Of a stretch of DNA of 64,000 nucleotides, positions 37,879 through 47,812 are shown piece by piece (within the stretch, counting starts at the first letter, position 1; each line of letters opens with the position of its first letter). The position numbers and the translations under genes are program-made. The notes beneath the pieces are model-generated. The model saw only the letters and a list, made by a program, of their open reading frames with translations. It was not told where the DNA came from and did not search any database. Source of the DNA: a virus; IMG/VR virus record IMGVR_UViG_3300020200_000009, positions 25,744 through 89,743 of that record; one strand, 5' to 3'.

Positions 37879-40656
37879 ATGGCATCAACACAGCTTTCCC
37901 CAGGGGTTGTTGTACTAGAAAGAGATCTTACGAGTGTAGTAAACTCGACTGTCGATAATATTGCTGCCATCGTCGGCGCATTTGAAAAGGGTCCTGTAGA
38001 GCAAGTAACCACTGTCACTAGTGAGAAGGAACTTCTCTCTATCTTTGGTCGTCCAAACGACTATAACTACGAGTATTGGTTTTCAGCAGCGCAATTCCTG
38101 CTGTATGGTGGCTCACTCAAAGTAGTGAGAGCGTTTAACGCTTCCCTTAAAAATGCAATTGATAGTGCTCAGTTTGTAGTAAATAATTTTTCAGCATCAG
38201 ATACTACTCTGACTGTTGTTTCTGCAGTAGATTTTGATGTCAATGACATCCTTCTGATTGACGCTGAATTAATGATTGTGCAGAGTGTCTCTGGCAATAA
38301 CGTTGTTGTGCAACGTGGTCAGTTATCAACTTCTGCTGCTTCACACGCTGCTGCAGCGTCTATCACATTAATTGAGCCAGCTGGCACAGCAACTACAATT
38401 AATGAAGGGGCAACTTTTACAGCAACAGATACTACTCTGACTGTTACTTCTGCAACTACACTGGCAGGTGGCACCAACAGTTATATTAGAATTGACAATG
38501 AGTTACTGAGAATTAGTGGTGTTGCTGGTAATAATCTCACGGTGGCACGTGCACAACTTGGCACTTCAGCTGCTGCCCACACTGATGGGTCTGCAGTTAC
38601 TCTGGTTACTGCCACTGCCAATAAGACTGATATTAATGAGTCAACCGCCACTGGAGTTACTGCTCCATTGATTAGAAATCTTGCTGAATATGAAAGTGTT
38701 GTTGAATACGCAGCAAACCCATGGAAGTGGGCAGCAAGAACTGGTGGTAATTATGGCAACTCAATACGTGTTGTCATGACAGATGCTGGTCCAGACCAAG
38801 TTTTATATCTTGCTCAACCACCTTCAGCCCAATCTGAATGGGAGTTTGTGAATGGTGCTGAGGTTTCATATTCTGCTGCAAATATTTACGCTAAAGTTTA
38901 TAGTTACACAGTAACAATAACATTCCAAGATAACAATACCCTTATCGGATCATTTGATGCAGGAAACTTCTTCACATCAAACAGCGGTGGTGTAACTGGT
39001 AGAATAGTTGCATGGGATGCAACAACTCGTAGACTCGAAGTTGAACTTGATTCCACTGTTTCTGCTACTTTAGATCCTGGTGAGGTTGTAACCGAACTTG
39101 CAAATAATAATGGCGTTGCTGGTGCAGCAACTGGTGATTCTGGTAAAATTGAATCTATTACTCGCCAATTACGTATTGCCCTGAATAGATTGTCTGCTAA
39201 ATTCCAAGCAAACCAAACTGTCGTTGACGGTAACTCAAAAACAGCTTCTATTGTAGAAGTTGAATCAGATTATGAAACTCGTGCCTATGGTCCTGGACAA
39301 CTTTGGTCAGCTATTGCTCCACGTCCTACAACTTCTGCTTATATAGCAGAGCGTGGTGGTTATAATGACTTGTTGAATATTCTTGTTTTAGATGGTGATG
39401 GAAAACTGACTGGCACTCCTGGTGCTCTTCTTGAGAAGCACATTGGTGTTTCTAAAGCATCAGATGCTCGCTCGGCTCAAGGTGACAATATCTACTATAA
39501 GGATATGATTAAGACTTTCTCCAGCTATCTGCATTGGGGTAGTCATGAGACCAATAATATTTACGACTATGACCCTAATGCAAATGGCGATTTTGGTCTC
39601 TCTGGAATCAACCGCAACTTTGACCTGATTAAGTCTGATGATCCTATCGAAACTCTCGATGACCCACTGAATGTTAACCCTGCAGCAAAACCACTCCTTG
39701 GCACAAAAGGTCGTGCAACCGTTCGTTATACACTTCAAGGTGGTGTTGATGGATATAGCATCTCACGTCCTGATATCATTGGGGCATATAACCTGTTTGA
39801 TGACGCTGAGACAGTAGAGTTAGATTATATTTTGATGGGATCAGGAATGCAAACTCTGGCTGATACCGTTGCTAAAGCACAGCATATTATCAATATTGCA
39901 ACAAACCGTGCAGACTGCATGGCGTTTGTTTCCCCATATAGAAGTGATGTTTTAGGTCAAACAAATACATTTGATATTGTTAACAAGACGGTAGAATACG
40001 CAAACCAACTTGCTAGCACTTCATATGCTGTTGTTGATAACAACTACAAATACATCTATGACAAGTATAACGATGTATATCGTTACATTCCTTGTAATGC
40101 AGACGTTGCTGGATTAGTTCTTAGCACAACTCTGCAGCAAGAACCATGGTTCTCACCTGCTGGTTTTAATAGAGGTCGTTTGCGTAACGCTATCAAACTT
40201 GCGTATTCACCACTGAAGGCTCAAAGAGACCTTCTGTATGCAGCACGTGTTAATCCAATTGTTGCATTCCCTGGTCAAGGTATTATCCTTTTTGGAGATA
40301 AGACTGCTCTCAGTTATCAGTCTGCATTCGACCGCATTAATGTGCGTCGTCTCTTCCTGGTTATTGAGCAAGCAATCTCAGATGCAGCGAAATCACAACT
40401 CTTCGAATTGAATGATGAGTTTACTCGTCAACAATTCAAGAATGTTGTTGAGCCTTTCCTGCGCTCTGTGCAATCACGTCGTGGTATCGTTGATTTCTTA
40501 GTGGTCTGCGATGGCACAAATAACCCTGCAGAATCAATTGACCGTGGCGAGTTTTATGCTGAAATCTTTGTGAAGCCCACCCGCTCTATCAACTTCATCA
40601 CTCTCACCTTCACGGCAACGAGAACTGGTGCTTCGTTTACTGAGCTTGTCTCGTAA
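37879..40656 (+). CDS. gp18: Tail sheath protein gp18 (925 aa, with inserted domains)
   Basis: AAGGAG SD; SPGVVVLERDLT, GAFEKGPV, PWFSPAGFNRG, FDRINVRRLF, KPTRSINFI. Confidence 0.97.
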   Translation: MASTQLSPGVVVLERDLTSVVNSTVDNIAAIVGAFEKGPVEQVTTVTSEKELLSIFGRPNDYNYEYWFSAAQFLLYGGSLKVVRAFNASLKNAIDSAQFVVNNFSASDTTLTVVSAVDFDVNDILLIDAELMIVQSVSGNNVVVQRGQLSTSAASHAAAASITLIEPAGTATTINEGATFTATDTTLTVTSATTLAGGTNSYIRIDNELLRISGVAGNNLTVARAQLGTSAAAHTDGSAVTLVTATANKTDINESTATGVTAPLIRNLAEYESVVEYAANPWKWAARTGGNYGNSIRVVMTDAGPDQVLYLAQPPSAQSEWEFVNGAEVSYSAANIYAKVYSYTVTITFQDNNTLIGSFDAGNFFTSNSGGVTGRIVAWDATTRRLEVELDSTVSATLDPGEVVTELANNNGVAGAATGDSGKIESITRQLRIALNRLSAKFQANQTVVDGNSKTASIVEVESDYETRAYGPGQLWSAIAPRPTTSAYIAERGGYNDLLNILVLDGDGKLTGTPGALLEKHIGVSKASDARSAQGDNIYYKDMIKTFSSYLHWGSHETNNIYDYDPNANGDFGLSGINRNFDLIKSDDPIETLDDPLNVNPAAKPLLGTKGRATVRYTLQGGVDGYSISRPDIIGAYNLFDDAETVELDYILMGSGMQTLADTVAKAQHIINIATNRADCMAFVSPYRSDVLGQTNTFDIVNKTVEYANQLASTSYAVVDNNYKYIYDKYNDVYRYIPCNADVAGLVLSTTLQQEPWFSPAGFNRGRLRNAIKLAYSPLKAQRDLLYAARVNPIVAFPGQGIILFGDKTALSYQSAFDRINVRRLFLVIEQAISDAAKSQLFELNDEFTRQQFKNVVEPFLRSVQSRRGIVDFLVVCDGTNNPAESIDRGEFYAEIFVKPTRSINFITLTFTATRTGASFTELVS

Positions 40657-40703
40657 TCTCTTCCCCCCACACTCCATCGCAATCTTAAAAGGAGAATTCA
40701 AAA

Positions 40704-41393
40704 ATGTCTAGTTACGACCTAACACAATATCCAGGGCAAACGGAAGGTAGACAGGTTAATGCACCTATTCTGGATTTCCGTAATAGAATTGGGGACCTTG
40801 CCCGCCCCAACCTTTTCCAAGTGGAAATTGGTTTTCCAAGCATTGTTGACGCAGGGACACCAAACTCTGGTGCTACTCCTGGGTCTAATGAGCAGCGTAC
40901 TCAAGAAACTTCTGGTGCATCTCGCGCTGGGTCTGGTGCCCAGTCTAGAGGTCTTGCATCTTTCTTGGTAAAGGCAGCAAACATTCCCGCTTCAACTGTG
41001 GGCGTGATTGAGGTGCCTTATCGTGGACGCACGTTGAAAATTGCAGGAGACCGCACATTCGAACCATGGACAGTTACTGTGCTTAACGATAAAGGTTTTG
41101 CACTTCGCTCCAAGTTCGAAGAGTGGTCAACTAAGATTCAAGCACTGCAGCAAAACATTCAGCAGGCTCGTGTAATCGCTGAGTATCAATCAGATGCAAT
41201 TGTGCGTCAGTACGACCGCCAAGGGGCTGTTGTGCGCTCGTATCAATTTGCTGGCATTTGGCCAAGTAATATCTCCGCAATTGACCTTGCATGGGATAGC
41301 AATGATACTGCAGAAGAATACACCGTTGAATTCCAAGTCCAATACTGGACCTACGCAAATGATACTAACGCTGGTAATGCTATTGCTAGATAA
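40704..41393 (+). CDS. gp19: Tail tube protein gp19
   Basis: ARPNLFQV, FLVKAANIPAS, YRGRTLKIAGDRTFEPWTVTVLND, EEYTVEFQVQYW. Confidence 0.95.
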   Translation: MSSYDLTQYPGQTEGRQVNAPILDFRNRIGDLARPNLFQVEIGFPSIVDAGTPNSGATPGSNEQRTQETSGASRAGSGAQSRGLASFLVKAANIPASTVGVIEVPYRGRTLKIAGDRTFEPWTVTVLNDKGFALRSKFEEWSTKIQALQQNIQQARVIAEYQSDAIVRQYDRQGAVVRSYQFAGIWPSNISAIDLAWDSNDTAEEYTVEFQVQYWTYANDTNAGNAIAR

Positions 41394-41394
41394 G

Positions 41395-41402
41395 TATAAA
41401 TA
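41395..41402 (+). promoter_or_regulatory. Consensus T4 late promoter TATAAATA for gp20
   Basis: Exact TATAAATA between gp19 and gp20. Confidence 0.8.
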
Positions 41403-41427
41403 AATGATAATGTAACGAGACAGTTAA

Positions 41428-43035
41428 ATGTCACAACTTTTTGGTTATTCACTTGATCGTAAGAAGAAGGGCTCCGAGAAGGGTCCTTCTTTCGTGCATA
41501 GCGATAATGACGATGCCGCACAACCGATAGCTGCGGGTGGTTATTTTGGTCAATACATTGACCTTGGAGATAATGCAAATAAAGAAAGCGATGTAAATCT
41601 AATTGGTCGCTATAGGGAAATGTCATTGCATCCAGAATGTGATGCTGCTATTAATGATATTGTTAACGAAGCAATTGCTGGAGATCTTGATGACCATCCA
41701 GTAGATATTGAGTTATCAAATCTTAAAGTATCAAATAGTGTTAAAAATAGAATTCGGGAAGAGTTTGGTAATATTCTCTCACTTTTAGATTTTGATAGAA
41801 AAGCATATGATATTTTCCGTCGTTGGTATATCGACGGTCGTCTTTTTTATCATAAAATGATTAATCCTGAAAAACCTCAGGAAGGAATTACAGAGTTGCG
41901 TTATATCGATCCTCGTAAAATTAAAAAAGTTGTAGAATTTGATAGACCAAAAGATCGTATTTCTCCAGCAGATCCTAATGCCATGGCTCTTATTCCTAAG
42001 GCAGTTGAGTATTTTATTTACTCACCCAAAGGATTAACTGGGTATGAAGATAGAGGTGTGAGAATTGCTCCAGATGCAATTTGTTTTGCACATTCTGGTC
42101 AGTTAGATATGCAACGTAATTTTGTATTATCACACCTCCACAAAGCAATTAAAGCACTCAATCAACTTCGTATGATTGAGGATTCTCTTGTAATCTATCG
42201 CTTGTCACGAGCACCAGAGCGTCGTATTTTCTATATCGATGTTGGCAATTTACCAAAACAAAAAGCGGAGCAATACTTGCGAGAAGTAATGTCTCGGTAT
42301 AGAAACAAACTTGTTTATAACGCGGATACTGGTGAGATTCGTGATGACAAAAAAATGATGTCTATGCTTGAAGACTTCTGGTTACCGCGTCGTGAGGGTG
42401 GTCGTGGGACTGAAATCACTACCCTTCCTGGTGGTCAAAATCTTGGTGAATTAGAGGATGTTAAATATTTCCAGAAAAAACTTTACCGCGCACTTAATGT
42501 CCCAGAGTCTCGTTTAGAGTCAGACTCTTCATTTAATGTTGGTAGGTCTGCTGAGATTACCCGCGATGAAGTTAAATTTCAGAAATTTGTTGTGCGTCTG
42601 CGTAAAAAGTTTAGTGACCTTTTCTCAGACTTATTAAAAACACAATTAGTTCTTAAAGGTGTTGTAACTCTTGAGGAGTGGGATGACATTAAAGAGCACA
42701 TTCAATATGATTTTGTTGCAGATAACTACTTCTCAGAATTAAAGCAACAAGAAATTATGAATGAGCGCATGGCGCTTCTTGCTCAAATGGACCCGTTTGC
42801 TGGTAAATATTTCTCTATTGAGTATCTGCGTCGCCAAATTCTGCGTCAAACTGACAATGAATTCAACGAAATTGATAAGCAGATTGGCAGTGAGATTGCG
42901 GATGGCAAACTCATTGACCCAATGGAAATGCAAAAAATGGAGCATGAGCAGATGGCAATGTCATTGCAACCTCCCGAACCAGATCCTGCGGAGCAAGGAA
43001 TTTCTCCGCAGGATTACAAAAAAGGAAATATCTAA
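41428..43035 (+). CDS. gp20: Portal protein gp20
   Basis: RRWYIDGR, YRLSRAPERRIFYIDVGNLPK, EDFWLPRREGGRGTEITTLPGG. Confidence 0.98.
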   Translation: MSQLFGYSLDRKKKGSEKGPSFVHSDNDDAAQPIAAGGYFGQYIDLGDNANKESDVNLIGRYREMSLHPECDAAINDIVNEAIAGDLDDHPVDIELSNLKVSNSVKNRIREEFGNILSLLDFDRKAYDIFRRWYIDGRLFYHKMINPEKPQEGITELRYIDPRKIKKVVEFDRPKDRISPADPNAMALIPKAVEYFIYSPKGLTGYEDRGVRIAPDAICFAHSGQLDMQRNFVLSHLHKAIKALNQLRMIEDSLVIYRLSRAPERRIFYIDVGNLPKQKAEQYLREVMSRYRNKLVYNADTGEIRDDKKMMSMLEDFWLPRREGGRGTEITTLPGGQNLGELEDVKYFQKKLYRALNVPESRLESDSSFNVGRSAEITRDEVKFQKFVVRLRKKFSDLFSDLLKTQLVLKGVVTLEEWDDIKEHIQYDFVADNYFSELKQQEIMNERMALLAQMDPFAGKYFSIEYLRRQILRQTDNEFNEIDKQIGSEIADGKLIDPMEMQKMEHEQMAMSLQPPEPDPAEQGISPQDYKKGNI

Positions 43036-43062
43036 ATAGTATTATCGAATCCACACATAATT

Positions 43063-43263
43063 ATGCCTTCACAATCCGCGCTTGATATCGTCAATGCAAT
43101 TTTTGCTGGACAAAAAGACCTTTCAGACTATGTTGATACTGGAATGAAACTTGCGTCATTTGATAAAATTGCTGATAAAAAATTAAAAATTGGTGCAACA
43201 GTATTTGCACCACCAGAAGAAGAATCCGAATCCGAAGAGGAAGCAACCGATGAAACTGATTAG
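43063..43263 (+). CDS. Small acidic prohead core-like protein (gp67 position)
   Basis: 66-aa ORF with Glu-rich tail between gp20 and gp21. Confidence 0.6.
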   Translation: MPSQSALDIVNAIFAGQKDLSDYVDTGMKLASFDKIADKKLKIGATVFAPPEEESESEEEATDETD

Positions 43264-43897
43264 AGAAGAGATTGAATCCGCTAAGGTAGTTATTACTGAA
43301 GGTAAAGATGGCAAAAAACGCCACTTTATCGAAGGTGTATTCCTGCAAGGCGGAATCAAAAATCGCAATAATCGCATGTATCCCGTGGAAACACTGGAGA
43401 GAGAAGTTGCTAAGTATAACGACAATTACATAAGTAAAGGTCGTGCTCTTGGTGAGTTGGGTCATCCAGATGGTCCTACTATTAACCTTGACCGCGTATC
43501 CCATTTGATTACTTCTCTGCAAAGAGAGGGTAATAATTTTATGGGTAAAGCACGTATTCTCGATACCCCTATGGGGAATATTGCTAAATCTCTTCTTGAT
43601 GAGGGAGTGCGCCTAGGTGTTTCTTCCAGAGGTCTCGGATCTATTAGAGAAGAAAGTGGTTTGAAAATTGTTGCTGACGATTTTATGCTGGCAACTGCTG
43701 CGGATATTGTCGCAGACCCCTCTGCTCCTGACGCTTTCGTTAATGGAATTATGGAAGGTAAGGAGTGGATTTGGAATAATGGCGCGATATGTGAGCAAAC
43801 CATAGATCAAATTAGACGCCGTATTCATAGAGCAGAGAAGATGCAAATGGAGGAAGTAAAACTTTCCGCGTTTCATCAGTTTCTCCAAAGTTTATAA
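43250..43897 (+). CDS. gp21: Prohead protease gp21
   Basis: Start MKLIREE; NRNNRMYP, ALGELGHP, GVSSRGLGS, DIVADPSAPDAFV. Confidence 0.96.
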   Translation: MKLIREEIESAKVVITEGKDGKKRHFIEGVFLQGGIKNRNNRMYPVETLEREVAKYNDNYISKGRALGELGHPDGPTINLDRVSHLITSLQREGNNFMGKARILDTPMGNIAKSLLDEGVRLGVSSRGLGSIREESGLKIVADDFMLATAADIVADPSAPDAFVNGIMEGKEWIWNNGAICEQTIDQIRRRIHRAEKMQMEEVKLSAFHQFLQSL

Positions 43898-43900
43898 AAT

Positions 43901-43908
43901 AATAAATA
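43901..43908 (+). promoter_or_regulatory. Late promoter (AATAAATA) for gp22/gp23
   Basis: NATAAATA in the gp21-gp22 gap. Confidence 0.7.
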
Positions 43909-43944
43909 ACTATAGTAAATTGCAATTGTACCAGGAGACTACTA

Positions 43945-44979
43945 ATGTCGAAAGAGAATGAAACAATTCTGGATGAATCGAGTGTAACCGCTGGCGCAAA
44001 ATCTGCTGACCCCCAGAAAAAACTGGAAAATGAAGGCAGTAGTCTCGGCGGCGTACAAGACCTCGGTGGTCCTACCCCTCAAAACAGCAGACCAGATGAT
44101 GATAGTAATAAATTTAAAACTATCGCTGGCGGTAATGCACAACCCCCATCAACCAAGCCATCTGATGCGTCAGGCGACAAGCAAGATTCATTCAAGACTC
44201 GCCGCGAAGAAGGAGAGATTGATGGAGAAGTCATTGCGGAAGATGATGAAGCAGAAGAAAACATCATTGAAGTTGACCTGTCTGCAGATGTCGCTGCCCT
44301 TACTGAGGGTGAAGACCTGTCTGAAGAATTCAAAGAGAAGGCACGTACCATCTTTGAAGCGGCAGTAATCTCCCGCCTGAATGAGGAAATTGAGCGTATG
44401 CATCACGATTATGCTCGTGTCCTTGAAGAAGAAATTGAGACCGTTAAATCCGAACTTGCAGAGCAAGTAGATGAGTATCTCTCATATGCTGTGCAACAAT
44501 GGATGGACAGAAACGAAATCGCCATTGAGCACGGCATCAAAGCCGAAATGGCTGAGCACGTTATGGAAGGTCTCAAGCAAGTTTTTGTTGAGAATTTCAT
44601 TGAAATTCCCGACGAAAAATTTGACCTTGTAGATGAAATGCAAGTTCAAATCGAAACTATGGAAACAAAACTCAACGAGTCAATTGAAGAGAATATTGAG
44701 CTTTATAAGCATCTCGGAACTTATATCAAGAATGGGATTGTGGCAGAAATCTCCGAGGGTCTGAGTCTCACTCAACGTGAGAAACTCGCATCTTTGGCAG
44801 AAGCTGTTGAGTTTGAAAATGAAGAATCTTTCCGTATGAAAGTTTCTACTCTCCGTGAATCATATTTCTCAACTAAACCTGAGGTCACCACCGTGTCCGA
44901 AGACGTTCAAGTTGCGAATGCCCCCACTAGCGATTCAATGTCTGTGTATGTGCAGGCGTTGTCACGCTGGAACAAATAA
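43945..44979 (+). CDS. gp22: Prohead scaffolding protein gp22
   Basis: Acidic coiled coil; LSEEFKEKARTIFEAAV, VDEYLSY, LRESYF; lies before gp23. Confidence 0.93.
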   Translation: MSKENETILDESSVTAGAKSADPQKKLENEGSSLGGVQDLGGPTPQNSRPDDDSNKFKTIAGGNAQPPSTKPSDASGDKQDSFKTRREEGEIDGEVIAEDDEAEENIIEVDLSADVAALTEGEDLSEEFKEKARTIFEAAVISRLNEEIERMHHDYARVLEEEIETVKSELAEQVDEYLSYAVQQWMDRNEIAIEHGIKAEMAEHVMEGLKQVFVENFIEIPDEKFDLVDEMQVQIETMETKLNESIEENIELYKHLGTYIKNGIVAEISEGLSLTQREKLASLAEAVEFENEESFRMKVSTLRESYFSTKPEVTTVSEDVQVANAPTSDSMSVYVQALSRWNK

Positions 44980-45014
44980 TCCTTTACCACTAATTAAATT
45001 CTTAGGAGCAAAAA

Positions 45015-46385
45015 ATGTTTAACGCAGAACACCTCCAGGAAAAGTGGAACCCCATTCTTGAGCATTCAGAGCTCGATCCCATCAAGGATACATACAGAAA
45101 GGCGGTTACCTCTATTCTTCTGGAAAATCAAGAAAAATTCCTTCGCGAAGAGCGTGGGATGCTTACAGAAGCGGCACCTACCAACTCATTGGGTGGCGCT
45201 GGTTATACAGGTAGCAGCACAGCAACAGGTCCTGTTGCAGGTTTCGACCCAGTGCTCATCTCCCTGATTCGTCGTTCGATGCCTAAGCTTATTGCTTATG
45301 ACATCTGCGGTGTGCAACCAATGACTGGTCCTACTGGTCTTATCTTCGCAATGCGCTCAACTGAAGGCACCGCTCGCGATATCGCTGCTGGAGCTACTGA
45401 GGCATTCTTCAACGAAGCAAACACCGAGCATTCTTCCGAGAATAGCGGTAACTCACTTGCTTCAAACACTCAAACAGGCACCAACCCTGGTCTCCTGTAT
45501 GATGCTGCAGCTCAGTACACCCAAGGTGGCACGGGTATGACCACTGCTCAGTCAGAAGCACTTGGTGATGCAGCAGGTAATCACTTCCGTGAAATGGGCT
45601 TCTCAATCGAGAAGGTAACCGTTACCGCTAAGTCACGTGCTCTGAAAGCAGAATACTCACTGGAGCTCGCACAAGACCTTAAGGCTGTGCATGGTCTGGA
45701 TGCTGAGTCTGAGCTGGCAAACATTCTGTCAACCGAAGTGCTGGCAGAAATCAACCGCGAAGTGGTTCGCACAGTGTATCGTATTGCACGTCCTGGTGCA
45801 CAAAACAACACCGCTAACGCTGGTGTGTTTGACCTTGACGTTGATTCCAACGGTCGTTGGTCGGTTGAGAAATTCAAGGGTCTGCTCTTCCAAATTGAGC
45901 GTGACATGAATGCAATCGGTCATGAGACTCGTCGCGGGAAGGGCAACATTCTCATCTGCTCTGCTGACGTTGCTTCGGCACTGTCAATGGCAGGTGTGCT
46001 TGACTACTCCAGCGGTATCTCTGCTGCTGTTGGTGGTCTGAGCAACAACGTAGATGACAACTCCAGCACTCTGGTGGGCACCCTCAACGGTCGCATCAAA
46101 GTGTATGTTGACCCATATTCGGCAAACGTTTCTGACAACCACTTCTATGTGGCAGGTTATAAGGGTGGCAGCGCATATGACGCTGGTCTCTTCTACTGCC
46201 CATATGTGCCCCTGCAGATGGTACGTGCCGTTGGACAAGACACCTTCCAGCCCAAGATTGGCTTCAAGACCCGCTACGGAATGGTTGCAAACCCATTCGC
46301 AGAAGGTCTGACCCAGGGTCAAGGTGCTCTCACCGCAAACGCAAACCGTTACTATCGCCGCGTGAAGGTTACCAACCTCATGTGA
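45015..46385 (+). CDS. gp23: Major capsid protein gp23
   Basis: DICGVQPMTGPTGLIFAMR, AKSRALKAEYSLELAQDLKAVHGLDAE, FQPKIGFKTRYG. Confidence 0.99.
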   Translation: MFNAEHLQEKWNPILEHSELDPIKDTYRKAVTSILLENQEKFLREERGMLTEAAPTNSLGGAGYTGSSTATGPVAGFDPVLISLIRRSMPKLIAYDICGVQPMTGPTGLIFAMRSTEGTARDIAAGATEAFFNEANTEHSSENSGNSLASNTQTGTNPGLLYDAAAQYTQGGTGMTTAQSEALGDAAGNHFREMGFSIEKVTVTAKSRALKAEYSLELAQDLKAVHGLDAESELANILSTEVLAEINREVVRTVYRIARPGAQNNTANAGVFDLDVDSNGRWSVEKFKGLLFQIERDMNAIGHETRRGKGNILICSADVASALSMAGVLDYSSGISAAVGGLSNNVDDNSSTLVGTLNGRIKVYVDPYSANVSDNHFYVAGYKGGSAYDAGLFYCPYVPLQMVRAVGQDTFQPKIGFKTRYGMVANPFAEGLTQGQGALTANANRYYRRVKVTNLM

Positions 46386-46411
46386 GCAATCGGACATAAA
46401 ATAATAAACTT

Positions 46412-46434
46412 AGCACCCTTCGGGGTGCTTTTTT
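46412..46434 (+). terminator. Rho-independent terminator with cUUCGg tetraloop
   Basis: AGCACCC-TTCG-GGGTGCT followed by a T run, just after gp23. Confidence 0.92.
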
Positions 46435-46463
46435 ATTAAATAGTATATTATGAATAACCAGAG

Positions 46464-46661
46464 ATGCCTGGCGATACTCCAGTTACTAAACAAGAAGTTC
46501 AAGAGATGATTGATGCTGCTATACGCAAGCACAATCGGAATGCTTCTATTATTTCTATGTGTGTTGGTTGGTTTGTCCTTGCTTTGTTTGCTGAAGGACT
46601 TTTAAGACTTATAGGCGTTATCCCACCACTACTACCATGGCTCAACATTACCCTGAAATAA
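46464..46661 (+). CDS. Small membrane protein
   Basis: IDAAIRKHNRNASIISM followed by a hydrophobic helix; TTAAATA upstream. Confidence 0.65.
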   Translation: MPGDTPVTKQEVQEMIDAAIRKHNRNASIISMCVGWFVLALFAEGLLRLIGVIPPLLPWLNITLK

Positions 46662-46834
46662 TCGGGGTCTCACTCTTACTAATATTTCTTGCTACAATGA
46701 CCTATCATGGAATCATGATTCATAGAGGCTTGCGGGGTTATAGACATCATGCAAGAGAAACAAATGAGTCGATAAATATGAGAAGAAGAATAGAAGAGTT
46801 ACTACAGGATAAAATATATGACGACCTGGAATAA
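46637..46834 (+). CDS. Small membrane-anchored hypothetical protein
   Basis: 65 aa with one hydrophobic helix; overlaps both neighbours. Confidence 0.55.
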   Translation: MAQHYPEIIGVSLLLIFLATMTYHGIMIHRGLRGYRHHARETNESINMRRRIEELLQDKIYDDLE

Positions 46835-47369
46835 ACAGATAGAAAATAGAAATTTTCTATCACCAATTGGATTCAAATTTATGCTAGCAAAATTTCCTAA
46901 AGTAGCATATTTTTGTCAGTCTGCAAATATTCCAGGTATTACTTTAGGGATTAGTAATCAATCAACACCATATAGAGGACTACCCCTCGAAGGGTTTATG
47001 ACTTTTGAGCCTCTTAGTCTTTCATTCATTATAGATGAAGACCTTGAGAATTATATGATTCTCCACAACTGGATTCGCGCTCTTGGCACACCTAATAACA
47101 CTAGGGAAAGAGTTGAGTATCGTAATAAGATGGAATCAATATTTGGTAACAGCGATTTGTACGCTGATGCCACTCTTACTATTTTAAATAGTAACCTCAG
47201 AAGAAACTTTGATATTGTGTTTCAAGACCTTTTCCCAGAGTCCTTGAATGCTTTGGAATTTAGTGCTACAATAGATGGCACAGAGTATGCCATGGCGCAA
47301 GTGCAATTTAGATATCTTGCATATGAAGTCCGCACTAAATCTGGAGATCGTGATAAGAGACTTGACTAA
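46818..47369 (+). CDS. gp3: Tail completion/sheath stabilizer gp3
   Basis: NRNFLSPIGFKF, FCQSANIPGI, IIDEDLENY..LHNW; standard position between gp23 and uvsY. Confidence 0.88.
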   Translation: MTTWNKQIENRNFLSPIGFKFMLAKFPKVAYFCQSANIPGITLGISNQSTPYRGLPLEGFMTFEPLSLSFIIDEDLENYMILHNWIRALGTPNNTRERVEYRNKMESIFGNSDLYADATLTILNSNLRRNFDIVFQDLFPESLNALEFSATIDGTEYAMAQVQFRYLAYEVRTKSGDRDKRLD

Positions 47370-47812
47370 TGAATCTTGAAAAAATTGAGCAGATGTGGGC
47401 AAAGGATTCTGAATCATTTTTTGACCACAGAGACTTGCCAGAATTACTGGCAAACGATAGTATGGAAACCCCAAGACTTCACGCTAAGTATCTACAATTT
47501 TATAATCAATTTAAATTGATGCTATCTGAAGCAGAAGTTAAGTATAGACAACTTTATAGAGAGAAGTTTGAATACTATACTGGAAAAGCACCAGCATCTG
47601 TATACAAAGAAAACCCCTTTGACTTGAAGGTGCTCAAAGGAGATATTCCGATGTATATTGACTCGGACCCAGAGCTATGCAAAACTAAACAGAAAATTGA
47701 CTACCTTGAAACTTGTATAAATTCTATTGATAGGATTCTTAAGCAAATCGACAGTCGTGGATATGCTATCAAAAATACTATCGAAATTATCAAATATTAT
47801 GGTATTAGATGA
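47369..47812 (+). CDS. uvsY: Recombination mediator UvsY
   Basis: P.LHAKY, YYTGKA...Y...PFDLKV, RGYAIKN. Confidence 0.9.
   Translation: MNLEKIEQMWAKDSESFFDHRDLPELLANDSMETPRLHAKYLQFYNQFKLMLSEAEVKYRQLYREKFEYYTGKAPASVYKENPFDLKVLKGDIPMYIDSDPELCKTKQKIDYLETCINSIDRILKQIDSRGYAIKNTIEIIKYYGIR

Noticed and set aside
35884-46385. Introns, inteins or homing endonucleases in gp17, gp20 or gp23
   Set aside because: All three are uninterrupted and of normal length, with no intein or HNH/GIY-YIG/LAGLIDADG motifs seen.
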